Source: Bacillota bacterium | Lineage (GTDB): Bacteria; Bacillota_I; Bacilli_A; Izemoplasmatales; UBA1188 | DNA length: 64,000 nucleotides | Assembly (NCBI GenBank): GCA_023410715.1 | Contig: JAEYPN010000014.1 | Span: 21,032 to 85,031, forward strand | Reading direction: 5' to 3' | Shown here: positions 29,274 to 38,213 of the stretch, one piece after another | Layout of the letters: the number at the start of each line of letters is the position of its first letter | Position numbering within the stretch: the stretch's first letter is position 1 | Position numbers and translations under genes: made by a program | The notes under the pieces: generated by a model | Seen by the model: the letters and a program-made list of their open reading frames with translations, nothing else | The model's database searches: none | Told to the model about the DNA's origin: nothing

Positions 29274-30152
29274 GTGAGATATATGGCTAATTTTAAAGGT
29301 ACAAAAATAAATCCATCACACTTCTCACTTTCACAAGTCAAATTTTTACTTTATTTAATACCTATTTGTCTTTTTATGGCTTTACCAATTATTTATATTT
29401 TAAATAACGCCTTTAAACCAGCAGATGAACTATTTGCTTATCCGCCAAAGTTTTTTGTTATTAAACCAACACTTAGGAACTTTACTAACCTATTTCGACA
29501 ATCATCTTCATCAGGTGTGCCTTTTACTAGATATTTATTTAATACAATAGTTACTACAATATTAGGTGTGACACTTACTCTTATTATGACAGCGATGACA
29601 GGATTTGGTTTATCAAAACTAAACTTTAGAGGAAAAAAGGCCTTATTTAAAATAAATCAAATGGCATTAATGTTTGTACCAATTGCCGTAACAATTCCTC
29701 GTTTTATTATAATTACGAAAATTGGTTTTTACAATAGCTTTTGGGCGCAGATAATTCCTGCACTTGCAATGCCGGTTGGTTTATTCTTAATTAAACAAAA
29801 TGTCGATCAAGTTCCAAATGAACTTATAGAAGCAGCTAAAATGGATGGAGCAACTGATTTTCAAGTTTTCTTTAAAATTGTTATTCCTATTATTAAACCA
29901 GCTTTAGCAACTGTCGCAATTCTTGCTTTCCAAGAATTCTGGAATAGTGAAACAGCGTCAAACTTATATATTGATAGTGAATCGAAAAAAACTTTAGCAT
30001 TCTTCTTATCAACAATTTCTGCCGGAAGTACTGTGGCAGGGAAAGGAATGGAAGCGGCCGCAACATTTATTATGTTTGTTCCTAACTTAATTATTTTTGT
30101 TTTGATTCAAAATAAGGTTATGGATACAATGGCTCATTCTGGTATTAAGTAA
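29274..30152 (+). CDS. Carbohydrate ABC transporter permease (CUT1, MalG/LplC-like)
   Basis: EAA loop EAAKMDGATDFQVFFKIVIPIIKP. The start is GTG 29274 or ATG 29283. Confidence 0.9.
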   Translation: MRYMANFKGTKINPSHFSLSQVKFLLYLIPICLFMALPIIYILNNAFKPADELFAYPPKFFVIKPTLRNFTNLFRQSSSSGVPFTRYLFNTIVTTILGVTLTLIMTAMTGFGLSKLNFRGKKALFKINQMALMFVPIAVTIPRFIIITKIGFYNSFWAQIIPALAMPVGLFLIKQNVDQVPNELIEAAKMDGATDFQVFFKIVIPIIKPALATVAILAFQEFWNSETASNLYIDSESKKTLAFFLSTISAGSTVAGKGMEAAATFIMFVPNLIIFVLIQNKVMDTMAHSGIK

Positions 30153-30153
30153 A

Positions 30154-32184
30154 ATGAAAAAGTTTAAAAGAATATTAATTGTCTTACTAGCAGGACTCAT
30201 TCTTGGATTTAATTTAACTGTAAAGGCTGAAAGTGGGGTACCATATACTACTTATACTGAAGATTCAAGGGGAAGATTAATTCCAACTCAGGATGCGTAT
30301 ATTGCTTTAAGTGTTTATAATGACTTCTTAGGAGAGAAGTTATCTGAACCAAGTGATATTTTCTTAGATAAAAATGATACTTTATATATTGCGGATGCCG
30401 GAAATAAACGAATCCTAATTATTGAAAAAGGCATCACGAATGTAAGAAGCATCAGATATGAAAAATTTATTAAGCCAACTGGTGTTTATGTTACGGATAA
30501 CTTTGATATCTACGTTGCTGATCCTAATGCCAAAGCTGTTTTCATGTTTGATAAGGATGGAAATTTTAAACAAAAATATGAAAAGCCAACAAGCATTTTA
30601 TTTGGAACAGAAACATCATATAGTCCTCAGAAGGTTGTTGTAGATAAAAGAGGTAACTTATATATTGTAAGTAATGGTAACTATAACGGTTTAATCCAAA
30701 TTAATAAATATGGGGAATTTCTAGGATATTTTGGTGCTAATAATTCACAAATTACTATGCGTCAAAAGTTAATTAAATCAATTTTCCCTAAAGAAATTGT
30801 TAGTCAATATTTTAAAGTAATTCCTTTAACACCTTATAATGTCTCAATTGATGACGATGGTTTAATTTATACAATTACTCGTGGTACAGAAAATAACGCT
30901 ATTAGAAAGTTAAATATTGGTGGCACTAATAAAATATCAAAATTAATGCGAACATCACTTACTTTTAGTGATATTACGGTTGGACCAATTGGTAATATGT
31001 ATACAATTGACGATAACGGTATGATTTATGAATATGATACTGATGGCAATTTGCTTTTTAACTTCGGTGGAAAAGATAACATCGGTATTTATAAAGGTTT
31101 ATTAAATACTGCATCAGGAATCGTTGTCGATAAAAATTATTATATTTATGTTATTGACTCAAAAAATAATGAACTTCATGTATTTATGCCAACGGAATTT
31201 TCAACATTAGTTCATGAAGCATTAGATTTATATCAACAAGGTTTATATGTTGAATCGAAAGGACCATGGGAAAAAGTCTTAGAATACAACTATATGTTTG
31301 ATCTTGCTCATAAAGGTATTGGCCAAGCTTACTTTAAAGAAGGTAATATGGAAGAAGCGATGGAACGTTTTAAAATGATTGGCGATATGAAGGGTTATTC
31401 TAATGCGTACTGGGAAGTAAGAAATGAATGGCTAGTTAATAATTTAACAACAATCTTTATTATTATTGGCGTTTTAGTTTTAATTGGATTTATTTATTCA
31501 AAATTATTTAAAAAGAAAGTTCAAAATAAGATAAAACCATTAAAAGATAAAATCTATAATAGGCCGCTTGTTAGTGAAATAACATTTGCTTTAAAAATTA
31601 GAAAAAAACCAACTGATGTAATGCAAGATATTCAAAGAAATCGAGGAATTTCTTTGAAAACCGCAATGATTTTATATGTTTTAGCATTTATCATGATGAT
31701 CTTAAAAATCTATTTTACTGGACCTTCATTTTCTAATGCTGAAACACAGTTCATCTCGTTATTCCAGGAAATGTTTAATACAGCAGCTCCAATTGCGTTA
31801 TTTATTATCGCTAACTATATGATCGCAACAATAACTGATGGCCAAGGTAAGTTTATGCAAGTTGTAAAGGCCTCAGCTTGTTGCTTAATCCCTTATATCA
31901 TTCTAACGCCAATTGGTACGATTTTAAGTAATTTCTTAACACAAAATGAAGCTTTCATTTATCAATTAATTAACACAATAACCATTGCATGGGTATTTCT
32001 TCTAATCTTCATTATGGTTAAAGATTTACATAACTATTCGTTCTGGGGAACAATTGGTAATATATTACTGACACTATTTGCTTTTGCTGTATTTGCTGTA
32101 GCAATTTTACTATTAAATAATGTTTTAGGTAGAATTATCGACTTTGTTGGACAAATCATTAAGGAGGTGTTTGCTCGTGGCTAA
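30154..32184 (+). CDS. Fusion protein: signal peptide, six-bladed NHL-type beta-propeller, TPR-like segment, TM helix and a C-terminal Yip1-like polytopic membrane domain
   Basis: Six repeats of the type D..G.(L/I)Y(I/V).D..N..I..(F/I)...G.. (for example LYIADAGNKRILII, IYVADPNAKAVFMFDKDGNF, LYIVSNGNYNGLIQINKYGEF). TPR-like segment GIGQAYFKEGNMEEAMERF. About 6 hydrophobic helices in the last 250 aa. Confidence 0.7.
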   Translation: MKKFKRILIVLLAGLILGFNLTVKAESGVPYTTYTEDSRGRLIPTQDAYIALSVYNDFLGEKLSEPSDIFLDKNDTLYIADAGNKRILIIEKGITNVRSIRYEKFIKPTGVYVTDNFDIYVADPNAKAVFMFDKDGNFKQKYEKPTSILFGTETSYSPQKVVVDKRGNLYIVSNGNYNGLIQINKYGEFLGYFGANNSQITMRQKLIKSIFPKEIVSQYFKVIPLTPYNVSIDDDGLIYTITRGTENNAIRKLNIGGTNKISKLMRTSLTFSDITVGPIGNMYTIDDNGMIYEYDTDGNLLFNFGGKDNIGIYKGLLNTASGIVVDKNYYIYVIDSKNNELHVFMPTEFSTLVHEALDLYQQGLYVESKGPWEKVLEYNYMFDLAHKGIGQAYFKEGNMEEAMERFKMIGDMKGYSNAYWEVRNEWLVNNLTTIFIIIGVLVLIGFIYSKLFKKKVQNKIKPLKDKIYNRPLVSEITFALKIRKKPTDVMQDIQRNRGISLKTAMILYVLAFIMMILKIYFTGPSFSNAETQFISLFQEMFNTAAPIALFIIANYMIATITDGQGKFMQVVKASACCLIPYIILTPIGTILSNFLTQNEAFIYQLINTITIAWVFLLIFIMVKDLHNYSFWGTIGNILLTLFAFAVFAVAILLLNNVLGRIIDFVGQIIKEVFARG

Positions 32185-34552
32185 AAGTATAATAAAAAAA
32201 TTAGTAATTGTTATATTGCTTGTTTTAATTCCTATGGTTGCGGTTAAAGCAACAACTCTAAAAGAAATTAAAGATAGTATTTATAATGTTAAGCCATCAA
32301 TTTTTGGCAATGAGATTTATAATTCTAACCGTTATACTCAAGTTGATGATTTAAGTATAAGAGATGATAGTAAAAATATTGAAATATCATCTACTGGGGT
32401 AGAAACAATTTTTTATAACGAGATTTATAAAGATGACAAGTTAATTTCTAAAAATGATAAATTAGAAATGTACTTTGATTCAAAAACCCAAATCTTTAAA
32501 ATAAAGAATATTGAGACTGGTTATATTTGGTCAAGTGCCTTCTATGAGACATCGCCAGATAACTCAGAAGCAGTTAATGCGCGTTTAACTTCGATTGCCT
32601 TAATTGAGTTTTATTCATATAATGAAGAAACAAAAAAATTAAGTAATAATTTAACAGAACATAATACGAATTACTACACTAATAAAATTGGTGTTGGTAG
32701 AAAATACATGGCTTCAGTTGAGTCATATCCAGATAATGCAAATGCTAAAGTTACACTTTTTATTGATTTCCTAATTGCTAAAATTCGCTTTGCGATGGAT
32801 GTAACTTTAAAAGAAGATGGATTACATGTTTATATTCCTAATAACCAAATAGAAGAGTATGGAAATAGCAAGTTAGCTTCTATTACAGTTTTCCCAACAT
32901 TTGGAGCAACGTGCGAGGATTTAGTTCCAGGATATTTCATTTTACCAGATGGAACTGGTGCTTTATACCGCTTTAAGGATAACGGTGACGAGCTTCAACC
33001 AATGTATAACGCAAAGTATTATGGTGGGAATATTGGACTAAAAAATGGTCAAACAAACAATTTTTCACAATATACTTTACCTTTCTATGGAAATGTTCAT
33101 GGAATTAATCAAGATGGATATTTTTGCCATATTATTGAAGGCGACAAAAATGCCAATTTAATCTTTAATCCATCAGGAGCATCAAATATTTCTTACAACT
33201 ATATAACTAATAAGTTTATCTTTAGAGAGTCATATATTTACCCAACCAGTTTATCGGAATCAGAATCTGGTGGTGGTATTAATGTGATTGAAGATAAAAA
33301 AAGTACGGATAATATTCATTTTGTTTATCAGTTTGTAGGTGGAAATGATGCTTCATATGTTGGAATTGCTAATAAATATCGTGAATATTTAATTAATAAT
33401 AACATCTTAGAGGAAAAAGAAACTAACTATGGCATGAGTTTTGAATTCTTACTTTCTGAATCAGAGTCTGGTCTATTTGGTAATAGAACATTCGCAGTTA
33501 CAAAAGTTAAAGAAGTAAAAGAAATTATCCAAGATTATATTACTAGTGGTGGAAAAATTAATAATATTGTTTTAAAAGGATGGGCCAAAGGTGGATTAAG
33601 TGGAATGACACCTTATAAGATTAGATATGAGTCCAAAGTAGGTACAAAAAATGACTTTAATGAATTAGAAGAGTATTGTACGGAAAATAACATTCAAGTC
33701 ATCTATTATAATGATTACTTAAAAACATATTCTTCAAGTAAAAGAAGTAATGAATCAAGCGATTTTGCAAGAGGCTATCATAAGTTAAAATTAAAAACAA
33801 CAATTGATAGTTATATGTATAAAGATGAATATTATTTATATCCATTTAAATCACTTGAATTTGCTAAAGAGGATGCTAAAGAATATAGTAAATTGTCTAT
33901 TGATAGTTTAGCTCTTGATTCTATTGGCTATATGTTATTCTCATATAATGATGATAATGTCTTAAATAGTAGAAGTAAAACTGCTTCATTATTTAATGAA
34001 ACATTAATTGTCTTAAATGAAAAAAATATTAAAACTTCGGTTTATCAACCAAATTACTATTTGTTAAATCAAACTGATAATTATTTAGATTATCCAATTT
34101 ATAATCTTCAGATTACCATTTTTGATGATACTATTCCATTCTTAAGTATTGTCTTACATGATACAATGGATCTTTATTCACCATTAACTAATCTTTCAAC
34201 TAACCAAGAAGAACTAGCATTATTATATCTTGATTTTGGCATCAATCCATCTTATATTCTAACTAATGATTCGACTTATAAATTAAAGTTTACTAATTCA
34301 TGGAATTTATATTCAACAATTTATAAGAACTGGAAAGATAACATTTTAAGGATGAACCAAAAAGTTAAAGGTGGTTTTGAGGAAATAAGTGGTGCTCATA
34401 TTACATCAAGACTTGTTAGACAAAAAGGTGTTGTTGAATCAGATTATAGTAATGGGGTAAAAATTATTTTTAACTATACTACCGAAGCAATTAATTATAA
34501 TGGTACGCTTATTAATCCTGTTGATTACTTATTAATTGGTGGTGATAAATAA
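32177..34552 (+). CDS. Anchored or secreted ~790-aa protein of unknown function (possibly DUF5696-type; unverified)
   Basis: GTG at 32177 lies 9 nt after AAGGAGG; the ORF-track TTG 32144 is less likely. N-terminal hydrophobic anchor LVIVILLVLIPMVAV. I recognise no catalytic motif with certainty. Confidence 0.5.
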   Translation: MAKSIIKKLVIVILLVLIPMVAVKATTLKEIKDSIYNVKPSIFGNEIYNSNRYTQVDDLSIRDDSKNIEISSTGVETIFYNEIYKDDKLISKNDKLEMYFDSKTQIFKIKNIETGYIWSSAFYETSPDNSEAVNARLTSIALIEFYSYNEETKKLSNNLTEHNTNYYTNKIGVGRKYMASVESYPDNANAKVTLFIDFLIAKIRFAMDVTLKEDGLHVYIPNNQIEEYGNSKLASITVFPTFGATCEDLVPGYFILPDGTGALYRFKDNGDELQPMYNAKYYGGNIGLKNGQTNNFSQYTLPFYGNVHGINQDGYFCHIIEGDKNANLIFNPSGASNISYNYITNKFIFRESYIYPTSLSESESGGGINVIEDKKSTDNIHFVYQFVGGNDASYVGIANKYREYLINNNILEEKETNYGMSFEFLLSESESGLFGNRTFAVTKVKEVKEIIQDYITSGGKINNIVLKGWAKGGLSGMTPYKIRYESKVGTKNDFNELEEYCTENNIQVIYYNDYLKTYSSSKRSNESSDFARGYHKLKLKTTIDSYMYKDEYYLYPFKSLEFAKEDAKEYSKLSIDSLALDSIGYMLFSYNDDNVLNSRSKTASLFNETLIVLNEKNIKTSVYQPNYYLLNQTDNYLDYPIYNLQITIFDDTIPFLSIVLHDTMDLYSPLTNLSTNQEELALLYLDFGINPSYILTNDSTYKLKFTNSWNLYSTIYKNWKDNILRMNQKVKGGFEEISGAHITSRLVRQKGVVESDYSNGVKIIFNYTTEAINYNGTLINPVDYLLIGGDK

Positions 34553-35469
34553 TGAAACTATCACAAAAAAAGCGTGAATGGCTATTTGGCTATTTATTTA
34601 CAGGAATATGGATTATTGGGTTTATTATTTTCACTTTAATACCTATCTGTCAATCATTTTTCTATAGTTTAACTGATGCCAAAGTAACAAGATTTGGTAT
34701 AGAAAATAAGAGTATTATTGGTTTCATGACTTATCGAAAAGCCATCATATCTGATGTATCTTTTGTTGAATCAATGATTACATATTTTAAGAGTATGTTA
34801 ATTACTTTAGTAGCTGTAATAGTTTTTTCTGTTATTATAGCTGTTATCTTAAATAAAAAATTCTTCTTGCGAGGTTTCTGGCGTACTGTGTACTTTTTGC
34901 CAGTAATAATTTCAAGTGGACCAGTTTTAAAAAGATTAACGAATGAAGGGGCCACTAGCATCCTTATGAGTGGTGAGTCAACAGGTTTAATTGGCTCCTT
35001 ACAAAGCAGTCTACCTGAGTTTTTTACCACAATTATTAATACTGTATTTGGGCGAATTGTGGTCATTTTATGGTTTACAGGTGTGCCTGTTTTAATCTTC
35101 TTAGCCGGACTTCAAAAAATTAACGTTAACATTTTTGAAGCAGCTAAGGTTGATGGAGCATCTAAATGGGAAATGTTTTGGAAAATTACTCTACCTTCAT
35201 TAAAACCATTAATTAACATTAACGTAATTTATACAGTTGTATCTTTATCAACCTTCTCTAATAATGCTGTACTAGGCTATATTAATAGTAAAAATATTAA
35301 TGATAAGTATGGATATTGTAATACACTAACATGGATTTATTTCCTTGTGACAATCATTGTCCTTGCTATAATTCTTTTAATCTTAAATATTGGTGGACTT
35401 AAAAGACGAAAAATTAAAGAAGTTAAGATGTATCGTGATGTACCTAAGACAGTTGAGGTGACAGAATGA
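34552..35469 (+). CDS. Carbohydrate ABC transporter permease (second pair, MalF-like)
   Basis: EAA loop EAAKVDGASKWEMFWKITLPSLKP. TAATG overlap with the upstream gene. Confidence 0.9.
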   Translation: MKLSQKKREWLFGYLFTGIWIIGFIIFTLIPICQSFFYSLTDAKVTRFGIENKSIIGFMTYRKAIISDVSFVESMITYFKSMLITLVAVIVFSVIIAVILNKKFFLRGFWRTVYFLPVIISSGPVLKRLTNEGATSILMSGESTGLIGSLQSSLPEFFTTIINTVFGRIVVILWFTGVPVLIFLAGLQKINVNIFEAAKVDGASKWEMFWKITLPSLKPLININVIYTVVSLSTFSNNAVLGYINSKNINDKYGYCNTLTWIYFLVTIIVLAIILLILNIGGLKRRKIKEVKMYRDVPKTVEVTE

Positions 35470-36428
35470 AAATAAAAGAACTTAAAGAAAAAGCAGAATA
35501 TAAAAATTTCATGGTGAAAGTTAAAACATTTTTATTTGGTAACGGGGTTAAAGAAGGAAAAATCTTTAACATCTTACTTTATGTCATAGTTTTAGCTTTA
35601 GGATTTATTTTCTTATACCCAATCATTTATATGATTTCGATGAGTTTAATGGATTTAGATGATTTACTAGATTCACAGATTAGTTGGATTCCAAGTCACC
35701 TATATTTAGATAATTACCGTTTAGCTATCAAAGCTTTAGGTTTGCCAAAAGCTTTATGGGATTCTCTAAAGGTTGTGTTGATTCCAGCTGTATTATCAAC
35801 AGTTTCATCATGTCTTATTGGCTATGGATTCTCAAGATTTAAGTTTCCAGGTAAAAATGTTTTATTTGTTATTTTGATCTTAGTTTATATTGTACCATCG
35901 CAAATAACGATTTTACCGCAGTTTGCTTGGTTTAAAAAACTAGGATTACTTGGGACACTTTGGACTTTTATTTTACCGGCGACGTTTGGGCAGGGATTAT
36001 TCTCCACAATTTACATTTTGATTTTTTATAGCTTCTTTAATATGATACCTAAGGCACTTGATGAAGCAGCATTTATTGATGGAGCAAGTGAAATCAAAGT
36101 ATTTTATGAAGTTGGTTTAAAATTATCACTTCAACCTTTTATTATTTGTATTGCATTCAGCTTTGTATGGTACTGGAATGATTTATATCATGCCTCATAT
36201 TTCTTAGCTCAATCTGATTCGAAAACAAGAACATTAATTCAGATGTTAAATATCTTTGAAAATTCATATTTACAATTAGAAGAAGTATCAGAAATGCAGA
36301 TTAAAGCTAATGAACCAGTTACTTTAGCTGGTACATTAATTTCAATCTTTCCTCTTCTTGTTGTATATTTCTTCTTACAAAAATACTTTGTTGAAAGTGT
36401 TGATTCAACAGGAATCACAGGAGAATAA
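35466..36428 (+). CDS. Carbohydrate ABC transporter permease (second pair, MalG-like)
   Basis: EAA loop EAAFIDGASEIKVFYEVGLKLS. ATGA overlap with the upstream gene. Confidence 0.9.
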   Translation: MKIKELKEKAEYKNFMVKVKTFLFGNGVKEGKIFNILLYVIVLALGFIFLYPIIYMISMSLMDLDDLLDSQISWIPSHLYLDNYRLAIKALGLPKALWDSLKVVLIPAVLSTVSSCLIGYGFSRFKFPGKNVLFVILILVYIVPSQITILPQFAWFKKLGLLGTLWTFILPATFGQGLFSTIYILIFYSFFNMIPKALDEAAFIDGASEIKVFYEVGLKLSLQPFIICIAFSFVWYWNDLYHASYFLAQSDSKTRTLIQMLNIFENSYLQLEEVSEMQIKANEPVTLAGTLISIFPLLVVYFFLQKYFVESVDSTGITGE

Positions 36429-36430
36429 AA

Positions 36431-38194
36431 ATGAAAAAGAGATTACTAGCTTTAATATTATTATTAATGTGTTTTGGATGTAGTAAAGTAACAACAAAAA
36501 AAAGTGGAACTTTAGCAAATACTACTTCTAAAACATCTACTATCACAACTAGCATTAAAACAGAAGTGGTTTCCAAAACTAAGACAACAACTAGTAAAAC
36601 AACTAATGCATCAAATTCAACTAAAGATGAAATTAAAAATATTAAAGAAGAATTTGATTTAACTGGTGTTAATTATAAAACACCAACTAAAAAGTTTACC
36701 TTACATAGTTTAATAGCAAATCATGCTGTATTCCAAGCAGAAAAGCCAATTGAAATATTTGGTAAAGCAGAAGAAGGAACAATTATCTTAGTTAAGTTAA
36801 CTAAAGATAGTGATAAAAGTGTTAGTTATAAAGGATTTACAGTAGTAAACTCTTCTAATGAGTGGAGTATCTCACTAGAAGCTCTAGAAGCTTCCTTCGA
36901 TTCTTATACTTTAACTATTTCTGATACTGTTAATGAATCATATATTACAGATTGTTTGATTGGTGAAGTATGGGTTGCATCAGGTCAATCAAACATGGGC
37001 ATCAGAGTTAAAGAAATGGATGAAGGATCAGAAGTTATGAAAAATGCTCAAGAATCATACATACGCATTTTTTATCAAAAAGACGCAGGAAATGCAGATC
37101 TTTATCCAATTGATCCTGCCTATGATGTAAAAGAAGGCGTATGGAAAGTTGCAGATAATGGCTCAAATATCGCGACATGTAGTGCGGTTGCTTACACTTT
37201 TGCCTATGAACTATTTTATCAGTTCTTTGCAGCTAATAAAGAAGTTCCAGTTGCGATTATCAACACGCAAAAAGGCGGTTCAAGTATTCATTCTTGGTTA
37301 CCTCGTGAATCGGTACTTAAAACTGATCCAATTAAAAACTTTGTTTTAACAAAAGGTTATAGTCTTGATCAGACTGAATGGAATACTTTTGGTAGTAAGA
37401 ATTATAATCAAGTTTCTGCTTTATATAATCAAAGAGTCGCACCTTTAATGAAAACAAACATCAAAGGAGTCATTTGGTATCAAGGTGAAAATGATCCACT
37501 TTATGATCCAACTATTTATACTGTAAGAGAATTAATGGATTCTTGGAGTAAAGGCTTCAATAAAAATGATGAATTATTATATTTTGCTTTAATCCAGCTT
37601 CATCCATATGATGGAACAGACTATAGACTTGGTCCATCAACAAAGAATTACACATCTTTAGGTTATGCGAATCACAGGAAAGCCCAGTTTGAGATTGCAT
37701 TAGATGAGAAATATAAAGATCATGTTCAACTAGTGCCAATTTATGATGTGGACTTACATTGGGATGTTCCAAAAACTCAGTTTTCATCACAATCTGTGAT
37801 CCATCCGGTTGTTAAAAAACCAGTTGGTGAAAGAACAGCTAAAATAATGTATAGCTTTTGTTATGCTAAAAATAATCGCTATTTAGCCCCTATTTATGAA
37901 TCTCATACATATGATGATAATTCAATTACAATTACTTTAAAAAATACTGGTAAAGGTTTATGTACTTTTAAGGATTCAGATAAAGGCGTTACAACAGTTG
38001 AGGTTATTTTAACTTCAGGAAAAAGAGTAAATGCCAATTGTGTTATTTTAAATCCTACTCAAATTATTATTACAGGAATTGATACAAGTACCATCCAGGC
38101 GTTTTCTTATAGTAATTTTTCAAGAAATGAAGAAAGTAATTTAGCAAGTAGTGAAAAAATACCGGTTATTCCCTTTGTAGTAGATTTAAAATAA
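36431..38194 (+). CDS. Surface lipoprotein, SASA/DUF303-type carbohydrate O-acetylesterase (sialate O-acetylesterase-like)
   Basis: Lipobox CFGCS and a T/S/K-rich linker. N-terminal beta-sandwich, then GEVWVASGQSNMG (SGNH-type nucleophile block) and WYQGENDP. Confidence 0.8.
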   Translation: MKKRLLALILLLMCFGCSKVTTKKSGTLANTTSKTSTITTSIKTEVVSKTKTTTSKTTNASNSTKDEIKNIKEEFDLTGVNYKTPTKKFTLHSLIANHAVFQAEKPIEIFGKAEEGTIILVKLTKDSDKSVSYKGFTVVNSSNEWSISLEALEASFDSYTLTISDTVNESYITDCLIGEVWVASGQSNMGIRVKEMDEGSEVMKNAQESYIRIFYQKDAGNADLYPIDPAYDVKEGVWKVADNGSNIATCSAVAYTFAYELFYQFFAANKEVPVAIINTQKGGSSIHSWLPRESVLKTDPIKNFVLTKGYSLDQTEWNTFGSKNYNQVSALYNQRVAPLMKTNIKGVIWYQGENDPLYDPTIYTVRELMDSWSKGFNKNDELLYFALIQLHPYDGTDYRLGPSTKNYTSLGYANHRKAQFEIALDEKYKDHVQLVPIYDVDLHWDVPKTQFSSQSVIHPVVKKPVGERTAKIMYSFCYAKNNRYLAPIYESHTYDDNSITITLKNTGKGLCTFKDSDKGVTTVEVILTSGKRVNANCVILNPTQIIITGIDTSTIQAFSYSNFSRNEESNLASSEKIPVIPFVVDLK

Positions 38195-38213
38195 AAAACT
38201 TAGGAGGGGGAAA

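Noticed and set aside
34731-35066. 111-aa minus-strand ORF inside an ABC permease gene
   Set aside because: The plus-strand ORF has a complete permease fold with an EAA loop. The antisense ORF has no recognisable features or RBS.
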